Shown: positions 10,231-21,769 of the stretch, in pieces
How the letters are laid out: the number at the start of each line of letters is the position of its first letter
Numbering within the stretch: the stretch's first letter is position 1
NCBI GenBank assembly: GCA_054661495.1
Contig: BAAFSQ010000025.1
Span: forward strand, 32,916-64,915
Source: Zygophlyctis sp. KS116
Taxonomy: Eukaryota; Fungi; Chytridiomycota
Length of the DNA stretch: 32,000 bases
Direction of reading: 5' to 3'
Position numbers and translations under genes: made by a program
The notes under the pieces: model-generated
The model's database searches: none
The model's input: the letters and a program-made list of their open reading frames with translations, nothing else
What the model was told of the DNA's origin: nothing

Positions 10231-13221
10231 TCATGATAGGATCAGATGTGAGATTCCAATACAGGCTAATTGTAATATACTCTCTACTATTGTAAAGAGG
10301 AATTTAGGTGCAAAGACTCTCCATACCATCAAGTGTCGGCGGAAATGTCCGGCAAAGGTTATGCTAACAGTTGCATTCAACATATATAGTATAATCATTC
10401 CATTAAAGAGCCATAATAGTTCTTCTGGTTTGCTTTTGCGTTTCCAAACAATTAATAGTGGACAGCTAAACGCAAATAATATTTGAGAGCCATACGTATT
10501 GAATAGGACAAATAACGGAGATAAAATCCAATTTACAGTTTCCTGTCCCACAAATCCAATTTCATATTGAATTGAAGATAATGCACGCTGATGTCCGGTA
10601 GAGAAGAAATAACGTTCTCCAATTAGAAATAGGCAAATCATAAATGAGTATACTAGATTTTTACTAGGAATAGTATTCTTGCGGGTTTTTGATGAATTAT
10701 CACGCCACATACAAAAGATTTCCAGGACAGTCTGAAGTTGAATAAATGATAAACAGAGCATGATTGCTCCCATTGGTTTTTGAATCATATTTAGCATCAT
10801 GAATATAATCTTGACAAAAAGATAATATGATGTTCCTAATGATTCAGGAGTTTTCAAAAGTGCACTACGTATCCATAACGTTAATGATAACATGATAATA
10901 ATGGGAAATCCTACTGATCCAACTTTTAATTTGGTAACAGTTACAGTTGTTTGCCAAACTGGGAAGAGATTATGGCCCTCGATGGTATCTAAAGCCCAAT
11001 AGATATTTGAGAACAACACCCCAAATGGAATAACGAAAAATTGTAATGATTTGTGAGAATTGGAGTTGTGAAGGCTTTTAAGAATACGGTATGTTCTCCA
11101 AACCGTCAACGAGCTGAGGAAAAATAAAACAATTACAGAGTATGGGCTAGCAATAGATGAGGTAGGAGAAAAATTAAAAGTAGGAGTACAGTATGGATGT
11201 TGCTCTTCACGACAAATAGTAGAATACCCACTGATCCTAGTAATTATCATGAAAAATATTCTGCGTATTAGTTTAAGAAGTAATTACGAATGAATGATTA
11301 TTTTGTTCCGATAAACCACATTTTTAATGGAAAACGAGTACAGGATATTGAAGAGTGCGAATGATTGTAAAAGATAAAGTGTTGAACTGTCTTCATATAC
11401 AGTAAAGCTATCTGAAGCCGGTGATACAATATACATGAGACCAATGACCGAAGATAGAACACTGAGCATGTTGGGAGATTGTGAAATCCACTTGAAGCCC
11501 CATCTTTTACTTGCAGAGCTATAAACAAGCAGCCAAATGTTTAAAAGGGCACCCAATGTCCCAAGAAAGGCAGCGTGATGGTACCAGCTCTGAGCAGCAT
11601 CTTCCTCTACGTAAGCAGACATCAATTGCTTAAAATACTTTGACCATCCAATTAATGAAAATAAAACTCCAGATATAAATATTTTCGAATATTCCTGTCT
11701 TAAAATATCGGCTATTGATAAATTGAAAGCAAATGAAGAAGCAAAAATGATTGTTGTAGATACTAGAATAAATACACCCATGAGGATAAGAGTAACATCA
11801 AAACGTGCCCAAATTTTTCTGGCTGAAGTCAATGCTTTCCTAGAATATATAGTATAATCTAAAAAAGATTGGATCAAATCATCTTCATATTCCTTGGAAG
11901 TTTGTAGAGTTTCGTAAAAGGCTTCTGCAGTCTTAAAATGAGCATTGAGATCCTTTAAAGAATCGGAAGCCCAGGACCTAAGCTTACTATATTCTGATAT
12001 ATATGCCTGAATCTGATGAGAATTAAGCCTTGTTTCACGAACCAGGTTTTCTAATGCTTCAATTGAAGAATTTTCTTTTGAATAGTAAAAGAGTTCAGGA
12101 ATGATAGAGCCCAAATTTCCAAAAGGTATAGGCAAACCTGCTAAAAGAGCAATTGTAGGATTTATATCTATTTGTGGAAATGTCCTTTCAGAGTTTAAGG
12201 ATACCAAAGGCTCATCAGAATCAAAATCTACCGAGTCTAACCTCTTGAACAACTTTATCCACGTAGAATCAAACAAGGTTAATGGCTGTTTTGAATATAA
12301 ATATAGTCCAGCCGAGAGTTCATTTTCCGAATCTCCTCCATGATCTCCTTTTGGATCCATCCCATGATCTCCCATAACTATAACAAGTGTTTCCTCATCT
12401 ACTTTATCAAAAACCTGTTCTAAAACCCCATTCATTTGAGATAATTTCCTTGACATTTCCGGATGTTCTGGTCCATATCTTTAATTAGCAAAATAAATAA
12501 GCGAATTTTAGTATAATTTAGAATTTTAAAAACAGTATTGATATTCATACCTATGTCCTGCATGATCTACTCCCAGAAAATGTGCAATACATAAATCCCA
12601 ATCTCCTTCCTCTCCCTTTAAAACCGGAAAAAGATTCTTGATTACACCATTATCAACTGTATGTAAATCCCAAACATCAAATGATGGATACGGCCAAGCT
12701 TTTTTAAAAGAATTTGGATATAGTCCCATCCATGTATCATCTCCCATAAAGAATACTGTTTCATTAAAAAGTAAATCCTTACTAGTCTTGTTTGCATTTA
12801 AATACTGAAGCAATAAATTATCTTCATTTATAGCATCAGAATTAAAATTACTTCCAGCATCTACAAAAGTCGGTAAATTCCCTGTTGTAATTGCTTTTAA
12901 ACGCTGCAAAGTAGTTGTTGGAGGATCAGCTCTTGCTCTTGCTAAAAATCCCTTCTTCTCCGATAGCACTGGCAGCTTATTTAAATAAGGCCCATCAGAT
13001 AAAGGATCCAATAGAGTAAAATCATATCTTAAAGCATCAATAATTATCAAGACTGTCTTTTTGAATCTTGGACTTGAGCAACCAATAGAATGATGACAAA
13101 TAGAAATACTTTCCAACTCAAGTCTAGTTAAAAGAAATCCTGAAGAGAACAGCCATATTCCTATTCCTAAAAAGAAGGAACTGAATACCCAGAGCAACCC
13201 AATGTTCAATTTAAAACTCAT
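10231..13221 (-). CDS. GPI13: GPI ethanolamine phosphate transferase 3 (PIG-O/Gpi13)
   Basis: GFLLTRLEL, IIDALRYDF, ADPPTTTLQRLKAITTGNLPTFVDAGSNF, FMGDDTW, HFLGVDHAGHRYGP, GDHGMD..GDHGG, RRHLMVWRVFAPKF. Introns 12756-12782, 12479-12550 and 11261-11287. Confidence 0.95.
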
Positions 13222-13240
13222 TTCTCACTATTAAACGCGA

Positions 13241-13739
13241 TTAATTATAACCAATCGTTACTTTAACTCCAGTAGATCCCATCTTACTAATGAAATCTGA
13301 CATTGCATAATCTACATTAGACTTTGTATGATCTCCAACTCCCAATCTTCCATGTCCAACAGTAAATGTAATTGATCTTGATCCACGCCGACCTTTGGCT
13401 TGAATGTTTACTCCAGTGATTTTACCAGCAGGACTTTCATTCTTCATATTAAGATTTGGTTCCAAGATATGTCTATGCAATGTTTTCGGAAGTGGTATAT
13501 TATCATAAAATTTAGATTTTGGATTACTTTGAAATGTTGCATTGAAAGCCTCTGATTTCAATTTAACGACTTGTCCCTTGACAAATAAAATCGGAGATGC
13601 TTCAAAAGGATTTGGTTTATATAAATGATAGTTTAAGAGTTTTGGTACTTTGATCTCAAGATTATTTTTTAGATCATCTTACATATGGGGCCTCTTTAGT
13701 GATGGCCTTTAGACCATTAATCAGTTGTAGATAACTCAT
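13241..13739 (-). CDS. Nuclear-encoded ribosomal protein S3 C-terminal-domain protein (probable mitochondrial uS3m fragment), 156 aa
   Basis: ATG 13739 and intron 13655-13682. GKITGVNIQAKGRR.SRS...GRL...VDYA...SKMGSTGVKVTIGY matches the bacterial/organellar S3 C-terminal domain pattern (G.KI...GRL ... IDY...TKYG.IGVKVWI). Confidence 0.72.
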
Positions 13740-13761
13740 TTCAACGCTCAAGGGTTCTTTT

Positions 13762-13797
13762 GGGCTCAGCAAGGGCTCAACAAGGGCTCAACAAGGG
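13762..13797. repeat. 11-bp tandem repeat GGGCTCAACAA x~3.3 upstream of the S3-like gene
   Basis: gggctcagcaa gggctcaacaa gggctcaacaa ggg, read directly. Confidence 0.85.
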
Positions 13798-13849
13798 TTT
13801 AGAAGGATTTAATGGGTCAAGCTAGGAATTTATTCAGAAGAAAACCTAA

Positions 13850-14548
13850 TCATCTTTTTCTACAAGGTTTCCACTTGTATACATTTAATCCTTGATTATC
13901 AACTCCGACTTTAAGTCTGGCGCCTTTTCCCATTAAATGTCTTTGAATTTCCAATTCTCGAGCAACTTTTGCTAATTTTTCTTCTCTTTCTTGTCTTTTC
14001 CTAGATTGATTTTCAAATTTTAATCTTTCTTCCAATAATTCCTTATCAAGTTTAATAGATTCTTCTGTTCTATTCCAAGGTTTTTTTAAAATAATTTCTT
14101 GAGGTGCTTTAAAATGATCTTGTAGATTAAAAGATTTTGCATCAGCTTCAGAATCTACAAAAATAGTATGATTGTTTTCAGGTTCACTAGATAATTTTAA
14201 ACCACTAGACATTTTTTTAGCATTAATAGATCGCTTTAGAGAAATATAATTTTGATCTTGAGTTTTTAATAATTTTAACAAGTCTGGTTCAAAGGATTTA
14301 TTCCGATTATTGAGAATATGAACCCCTTTAGAAGTTTTAGAAGAAATCATTCCAAAATAAAATTCATCTGGATTCCTTAAAAATGCCTTTCTTTTTAAAT
14401 TTGACAATGCCTTTTCCTTTTTATGGTAATCTTGAGCTCTTTTGATGTAATCCTTATGTTTTTCTAATAGACCCCATTTAGATCTTGTTGCAGGCTGTGA
14501 TCTCTCTCGATGTGTCTTTTGATTGATTGCATTCTTGTACGACGACAT
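13850..14548 (-). CDS. UTP11: U3 snoRNP/SSU processome protein Utp11
   Basis: MSSYKNA..KTHRERSQP..R.KWGLLEKHKDY..RA.DYH, RNPDEFYFGM, LLKTQD..Y, VYKWK..RKR. The start at 14548 is preferred over the ORF start at 14575 by family N-terminus. Confidence 0.95.
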   Translation of the reverse strand: MSSYKNAINQKTHRERSQPATRSKWGLLEKHKDYIKRAQDYHKKEKALSNLKRKAFLRNPDEFYFGMISSKTSKGVHILNNRNKSFEPDLLKLLKTQDQNYISLKRSINAKKMSSGLKLSSEPENNHTIFVDSEADAKSFNLQDHFKAPQEIILKKPWNRTEESIKLDKELLEERLKFENQSRKRQEREEKLAKVARELEIQRHLMGKGARLKVGVDNQGLNVYKWKPCRKR

Positions 14549-14639
14549 TTTCAAATTTTTTTTGCCCAACGCCATAACGCCACGGCCATGAATCCATGAG
14601 TCTGATTTCCACCTCTTTTATCAGTGATTTTTACTTGAA

Positions 14640-15140
14640 ATGAATGATTTATGCAAACATATCAGTAATCACATCAATAGAGATTCTGAAACTTTATGGT
14701 CGCACGGAGGTTTAACAAGACATAATCTGGAGCTGATTCAATCTATTTTACAAGATCCAACAAGAGATTATAATCCAATAGAAAACAGTGCACCTCCATA
14801 CACTTTTAAAAAACAGGCTTCAGAGACTTCAATGTCTGAAAAACCATTAGTTCCTCCAAGAAATCCTAGTTTAGCTGAACAGCCCAAACCAATTACTCAA
14901 GGACATGATTCTCCACCTCCGTTTCATAAACAGCCTGTAAAGCCTGCAAGACCACCTCCACCTGCTTCAAAACCAGTGGCAAATGATAAGTTGTCGGGTC
15001 TGTACAAGAGTGAAAAACAGACAGCGGGAGCAGGGAGCGGAAGCGGGCGTGGCGGTCAATTTAAAGATCGGATCGCAGACTCGGCTGCATCTGGATTAGG
15101 ATGGGGAGTTGGAATGGGAGTTGCTAGACGTTTGATTTAA
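14640..15140 (+). CDS. Proline-rich Lsb1/Pin3-like protein lacking an evident SH3 domain
   Basis: N-terminal helix (HINRDSETLWSHGGLTRHNLELIQSIL) and C-terminal glycine helix (AASGLGWGVGMGVARRLI) resemble Lsb1/Pin3 termini. PPY and PxxPxR motifs lie in between. Confidence 0.55.
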   Translation: MNDLCKHISNHINRDSETLWSHGGLTRHNLELIQSILQDPTRDYNPIENSAPPYTFKKQASETSMSEKPLVPPRNPSLAEQPKPITQGHDSPPPFHKQPVKPARPPPPASKPVANDKLSGLYKSEKQTAGAGSGSGRGGQFKDRIADSAASGLGWGVGMGVARRLI

Positions 15141-15568
15141 GAAAAGGATTTATTTTGATTATTTTGAATATTGTCCAGCTTCTTTAAATGATCTTGCAGG
15201 TTATAAATTAAAGTCTTTTTCCTGTCTCTTAAAGTATCAAAGTCTTGAGAGCTAGAAAGAATAATAGAGTCTAATGATTCAAGGCTCTTCATGATGCAGT
15301 CTTCTATTCCTGCCAAACTTGCAAGGGAATGTAATTGACTCTGAGATTGTAAATCTTGGATTTGATCTTTGATATTACTTATGATTTCTTGATGGGATGA
15401 CAATAATTTTGAGATTTCCCTCTTTTCTTTCTGATCTCGACGATATTGGACTTTAGAGTGATGATCGCTAATGATGAAATAAGTAACACAACTGATTGAA
15501 AAAAGTGTAGCGGTTGTACATAGTATGCCCAATGTGAGATTATGATCTAGCAGACTTTTTAAAAACAT
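15137..15568 (-). CDS. Membrane-anchored BAG-domain Hsp70 co-chaperone (Snl1-like)
   Basis: N-terminal TM helix (LTLGILCTTATLFSISCVTYFII) and BAG signature IEDCIMKSLESLDSI...LRDRKKTLI..LQDHLKKLD. First ATG at 15568. Confidence 0.8.
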   Translation of the reverse strand: MFLKSLLDHNLTLGILCTTATLFSISCVTYFIISDHHSKVQYRRDQKEKREISKLLSSHQEIISNIKDQIQDLQSQSQLHSLASLAGIEDCIMKSLESLDSIILSSSQDFDTLRDRKKTLIYNLQDHLKKLDNIQNNQNKSFS

Positions 15569-15724
15569 TTGCAAATCTTGATAACTCAAATTTGATTCTC
15601 AAGACTATGATATCGGACTACGGCTATCGGACCGACAAAAATTCTCAAGAGTCTAGTACACTGGATTTAAACGTATAGTCATAATTTCTACAAATTTAAA
15701 CTGTTCTAGGAATACTCTAAAAGA

Positions 15725-16963
15725 TCACCATCCGATTTCATCATCAAATATGTCTTTTTGTCCTAATATCAACTTGAAATCCTATCATTAAAATAAATTT
15801 AATAGTACCTTTTTGGAAATATGTTTTTCTGGATCCGATTCTCGAAAATATAATCGTCCATAGTTGGGGATTTGATAAGGTTCAGACTTTAAAAAGTAAT
15901 CTTTTGGGGTATGAAGATATCGAGCAGTTGTAAAAGATTTATCAGTGCATCTTTGAAGAATCTCTTGTCTTTTTTCCTCCCTTTTATAATCCTGAGTATC
16001 ATAATAATTAGTTTGAACTCTTAATGTCGGCTTTAATGGTAAATGAGTTCTTTTATGCAGATAATATTTTGGCTTGCGTAAATTTAAATAGAATTACCAA
16101 AAATGGTCCCTGTACTAATTTCTTATTACTGTCACAATCTGGTTGTAATCCTTTATGAAACTTTTTCAGGAATTTTTTAGAATTTTTGATATTGTCAGCA
16201 ATCCATTTTTCCAAGACATGATTGGATCGGATTTTAGATTCTGTAATTTTTAAAATTGTATGTTGAAGATGAATTGCTTGTTCTGTAGGAGGTCTTTTAT
16301 CTCTTGGAGGTAATGCATACACGCCGGGATTAGATATTGTTCCTAGTAAATGATGCCTTTTTCCTGCTAATTTTGAAATTAGATCCAAATGTTTTTCTTG
16401 TTTTTGTAGAATTTCAGCTTCTTTTTGATCTAATGCATGTTTTGCTAATGCCTGTCGTAAACTTTCCATCTATGTATTTTAATTTAAAATGTTTTACCTT
16501 TTCTTGCAAATCTTGCAGATATTGTTTCCGTCCTTTAAAATCAAATATTTTCATTCTTGAATGATAACCACGCCAACTTTATAATAAGATCATTTTCACA
16601 ATACCATTTTTGAATAATTGTAGCATTTTCATTATAATACTTGATTCTAGTTTTAATATTTATCTCTTCGCAGAGGAATTTAAAGCGTTTTCGTCCAGAG
16701 TATCCTCTAAATGTCCGCTGAATCTGAATCGCTGCATTCCTAAAGATCAAATTTAATTGAATACTCTAATTCTCTAAAGAATGCTCTAGTATTATATCCC
16801 TTCCATTTCTTCTGGATCTTGACTGCTGCTCTAATCTCCCGTTCTCTGAATTTTGCTGCATCACTATCATTATCAATGTGCATGCTTACCGGGCGAGCTC
16901 AAAATATTCATACATGAATGATTCTTTCTTACTGGAATTGATCTCTAAAAGAATATGTGCCAT
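15725..16963 (-). CDS. SPATA17-like IQ-motif flagellar protein, 7 exons
   Basis: Three IQ motifs (AAVKIQKKWKGY, AAIQIQRTFRGY, ATIIQKCWRGY), plus HHLLGTISNPGVY, QGPF and PLKPTLRVQT. Six mini-introns. Confidence 0.82.
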
Positions 16964-17150
16964 GTTTATTTAAATAAATATTTACGTCATTCAGTACTTT
17001 CGGATGTTTTCTTATTGTAGCTAGATGATTACTACTAATCACTCTCTATCGGTCAATGCATGATGCATAATGCATGCTTGATGATCTCATATTTTGTAAT
17101 AATATCAGCAAATCAAATCCCAAACTGGCGCCGGCCCTAAAATTAAGTTT

Positions 17151-18638
17151 ATGCCAGTCAAAAAGGATCCTGTTGCTTCTCCTTACTCCTTACGGCCTCG
17201 TAGTAGGCCTTCTACCCCGTCAAAGTCGACTGTCTCTGCTAAAATCTTTGAAAAGCCAGAAGAGAATACCGAAAAGTCTTGGGGTCGAGCGCATTCAATC
17301 GGATGGTTGACGGTTTTGGCTTGTTTTTTGCTTCTTGCGCTGTGTCCAATTTTTGTGATTTATGTTTGGTCTAGCTGCACTAATTTTAATTGTGAAATTC
17401 TTACTCCTGCTCAAACTATTTTGCAAAATCTATCGTTGGGAACGTTGAAAGCGTTTGCGCCCGCTCCAACTATAAAAGGATTTGGAATATTTTTTGGTTG
17501 GCTTGGATTTCAAGCCCTTTTATATGTTGTTTTACCAGGGAAAATTGGATATGGGCAACGTACTCCAGCAGGTCATTTATTACCATATGTTGTCAATGGG
17601 CTGTTGGCGTGGTTTGTAACGCATGCTCTCTTTATTGGTGTGTCTCTCCAAACAGGATGGTATAAACTATCTATAATTCATGATTATTGGGGTCCTTTAC
17701 TAGTTGCAGCTAATGTATATGGTTATGGTCTTGCGATATTTTCTTATGTTAAAGCTCACTTCTTTCCTTCACATCCTAATGATCGAAAGTTTTCAGGCTC
17801 AATCATTTATGATTTCTTTATGGGGATTGAGTTTAATCCGAGATTAGGAAAGTATTTTGATTTTAAACTTTTCCATAATGGACGTCCAGGGATTGTAGCT
17901 TGGACATTAATCAATTTTTCTTTTGCTGCTGCACAATATAATGAAATTGGATATGTTACAAATTCTATGTTGTTACTCAACTGGCTACATTTGGTTTATG
18001 TATTGGATTTCTTTTATAATGAAGACTGGTATTTACGAACAATTGATATTGCTCATGATCATTTTGGATTTTACTTGGCATGGGGAGATAGTGTATGGCT
18101 TCCATACATGTAAGATTTTGTATTTTATATATAGGTATACGATACAGTCTCATTTCCTTGTAAGACATCCTATTGATTTAAGCTGGCCCTATTTTTCCTT
18201 TGTATTATTAGTGGGAATGACTGGATATTATATCTTTAGAGCTGTGAATCATCAGAAAGATATTGTACGTTCTTCAAATGGTAAATGTAATATTTGGGGA
18301 AAGCCAGCTCAAGTCATTCGAACTGAGTATCAAACTTCTGATGGAAAAACCCACAAGTCTCTTTTACTTGTTTCCGGTTTTTGGGGTCTTTCAAGACATT
18401 TCAATTATGTTGGCGACTTACTAATTTCTTCTGCAATGTGTATGACATGTGGTGTTGGATATATACTTCCATATTTTTACATTATATACATGACTATTTT
18501 GCTACTTCAACGTATTGAACGTAATTATTTTTAGACTTATTAATAGGTGATCAAGAAAGATGCCAAGGCAAGTATGGAAAATATTGGAAGGAATATTGCT
18601 CCAAAGTTCCTTATAAACTTATTCCTTTAATTTACTAA
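17151..18638 (+). CDS. DHCR7: 7-dehydrocholesterol (sterol delta-7) reductase
   Basis: ERG4/ERG24 family with DHCR7-type motifs TPAGHLLPY.VNGL, FDFKLFHNGRPGIVAWTLIN, YVLDFFYNEDWYLRTIDIAHDHFGFYLAWGDSVWLP and GFWGLSRHFNYVGDL. Introns 18110-18134 and 18521-18546. Confidence 0.9.
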
Positions 18639-18736
18639 TTGGATAATAGATTTTCTTGATATCGCACATTATTCCGATTTTACGATTGCAACGTCATGCG
18701 TGAGTTGTCCCAGATAGAGTGACTTCATTATAAAAT

Positions 18737-21700
18737 ATGGAATTAGATAATGATAAGATTGTTCAAGATCAGGTTCTACAGGATCATTACATTAGTATGC
18801 AAAAGGCTCTGATCACTGCCGTTGATAAGGAACTTAGTCAGATGGAGTCGAAATTAAGGAATGCAGATTTAGATTTGGTCAAAACAACAGAAGAAAAGAC
18901 TGCGGTGGGAATGGCTCTTTATCAAGCAAACACTAAAATAGAACGTATGAATGGACAGCTTGAAATATTCAAAAAAGCATTAACGATGGTGGAAGGAGGA
19001 ACATTGATCAAAGATCAAGAAAGGACGAATTTAGTTTCGCAGCTTCAAAATACTATTAGAGATCTCACTGAAACTCAGGGAGATTTAGAAAAGACTCGTC
19101 GATATTTAGAAGATTCAAATATGAAGATTCAGCAATTAACTGATCTTAATGCATCGTATAATTCGGACATCAAAATTCAAAAAAGGATTCAAAGTAAATA
19201 TAAAAAGGAATTGGAAATCTCTGAAACTAAAAGGAAACAGAATGATTCAGAGTTAATCGATGAGAAACGCAGAAATCAAGAGCTTTCACGATCATTAAAG
19301 GAAGTCATGGATTTTAACGCAGAACAGAAAAATGAAACTAGAATTGCGCAAATGGCAATTACAAAAATGAATCAAGGTATGCTTGTTAATTATAGTTTTC
19401 TAAATATTAAGAAATCTCACAATTGCAAGCGGCCAAGAAAACAATGGAAAAACAGTGGGAGGAATCAATCACTGCAATGGCAAAAAGAGATCAGACGTTG
19501 CAAATAACACATGATTCAAAAGAAAAAATGGAAGTTCAGCTAACAGAGTACTCTATAAATTTAAACGCTGTAAAAAATCAAAGAAATGATTCGTTTGCTG
19601 AATTAAGAGAAAAAGATAATGGTAAAAAGTTTGACTCCTAACTCAAGAAAATAAAAATCTTTTGTCAGCACAAATATACTTAAAAACGAAATTAAATGAT
19701 CTAGAAAATGAACTTTTGCAATGTCAAAATACTCTGGCCCATTCTCAGCAAACTCAACAGCTTTACAAACAGGATTTAGAACAGGAAAAAAATGCAGTTT
19801 TGGTTAGTTTTTTCATCTTATTTTTAGAAAGCACATGCTGAAACTGAAGGTAAAATGAAGCTTATTTCGAATTTGAGATCTCAATTGGAGGATATGAAGA
19901 GTAAATACGATTTGGCTATTTCGGATAAAGTCACTTTGGTATGATAAGAGATCTAAAATATAAGGAACAATCTATAAAGATTGAAGAACAAGAAAGACAA
20001 CAGCAAGAAGCGAAAAATCACATAGTTGAACTCAGCGAGGAAGCAAAAAAGGTTCATCTAGGGAATCAACATGTAAATCTGAAATTACAGCATAGAGCAG
20101 ACTTGGATGAGCTGGTATGATATATCACATCATAATAATCTATAGAATGATGTGAAACGCGAGCGTGATAATATTAAAGAGCAGTATGATCAACTTAATG
20201 AAGCATATAATTCACTTTGTTCAGAATCAAAATATTTACAATATGGGATTGAAAAAACGCAGCATCAAATGGACCTAATGGCTTTACAAACGAGTAAAGT
20301 GGATGATGGTATTTCAAAATAGCATAATATTTAGGATCTGAGGGGTTCTTTAAAATGGAAATTAGACGGGTCAGTCAAGAGCTGGAGGATGCCGTAAAAG
20401 AAAAAGATCGAATTCAAAAAATGTGGATGAGCGAAAGGGCAGACTCATTAAAGATGAGAGATGTTATTAAAGAGTTGCAATCAGACAAAGAATTTATGGC
20501 TGTATTTTTTAACTTTAATAAGTAGGTAAAACACAATATTTTGGACACAGTCAAGTTTAAGACTTCTGCTGAGACTGAAGACGCTAAAAGAGAAGCGATT
20601 GATAACAAAATAGAAAATGCGAGATTATACATACATTTAAAGAAATTGCAACCCGTAATTGAAGACTTGACACAAAAGAATGTATGATTATGTTTATAAT
20701 TTGTCCAGTCATTTTTGGAGAAGCAGTTGGAAGAGTCTCGAGCTATAATACAAGAGTCTAAGTTAGAAGCTACGGTATATTTGTATATTTTTATTGACAA
20801 ATAGACATCCAACCATATGCTTCGAAGTGAATTACGCCGTCTTCATCATGATCGTCATTCCGTGCATCAGACACTTATATCCCATGAAAAATCTTCCAGT
20901 ATAATTGAGCGGAAATATACTATTGCAAAGGAAATGCTTGATAAGGCCACTTCCGAGCGACAAAAACTTGCAAAAACCAATTTTGATTTAAAAAGAAGAG
21001 CTGACCAATTAGAGGCAAAACTAAATGCTAACAAGATCAAGGAGCAGATAATGGCGAAAAAAGGAATCAAAAGTTTCTCAATCAAGCCAGATATTTTATC
21101 GGATACCAGAATCATGACACCCGAAACGCAGGTATCACATTCTTGGCAATCAATATTATATTCCGGCTCAGAAGATCAGAATAATAGTGATCCTGCCCCA
21201 TCAGCTATCACTAATCTTACAGAAAAATCGACCATAGAGAAACCCACAATCACTGATGTTCCCGATTTTGAAGCATTGAGACTAAAGATTGAAAGTCTTG
21301 GAAAGGAAAGGGACTTCGTTCAAAATGAAAATAGGCTTTTAAAAGTTCGTGTAGAAGAATTAACTAGAAAAATTGTGAATTTGGAGAAACGACTCTCAGA
21401 ATCAAACACAAAATCTGATAAGTTAAAACAAACTTTGGACAACAAATCAGAAGAATTAGATAATGCGTCTAAAAAATATGAAAGAGCAGAAAAAATCGCA
21501 GCACATTTAGAAAAACAATACAAGGTAGCTTATAATTAGTGACTGGTAGGATCTTCGTCCGAATGGAAAGATCGATTACTATCTATTATCAGATTCTGAA
21601 CCTTCCACTCAACTTTTGGCAGCACTGATGGCACAAAGACCACCTGCAAATATGGAAAAGATCAATACGAGCATGCTTCCAGCACTGCCCCGCAAGTTAA

Positions 21701-21747
21701 CCCGAAAACCATCTCAACTTCAAACGCCTAAATTAGGTCTAGCGTAA
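18737..21747 (+). CDS. Long coiled-coil protein, CCDC40-like axonemal ruler family, about 11 exons
   Basis: MQKAL...EKTAVGMALYQ and EISQLQAAKKTMEKQWEESITAMAKRD resemble CCDC40 motifs (ELGVNLY; KRRIMQQWASSLVGMKHRD). About 10 short introns. Central exon boundaries were not all verified. Confidence 0.65.
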
Positions 21748-21769
21748 TATAGTGCATATATATTGAAAT

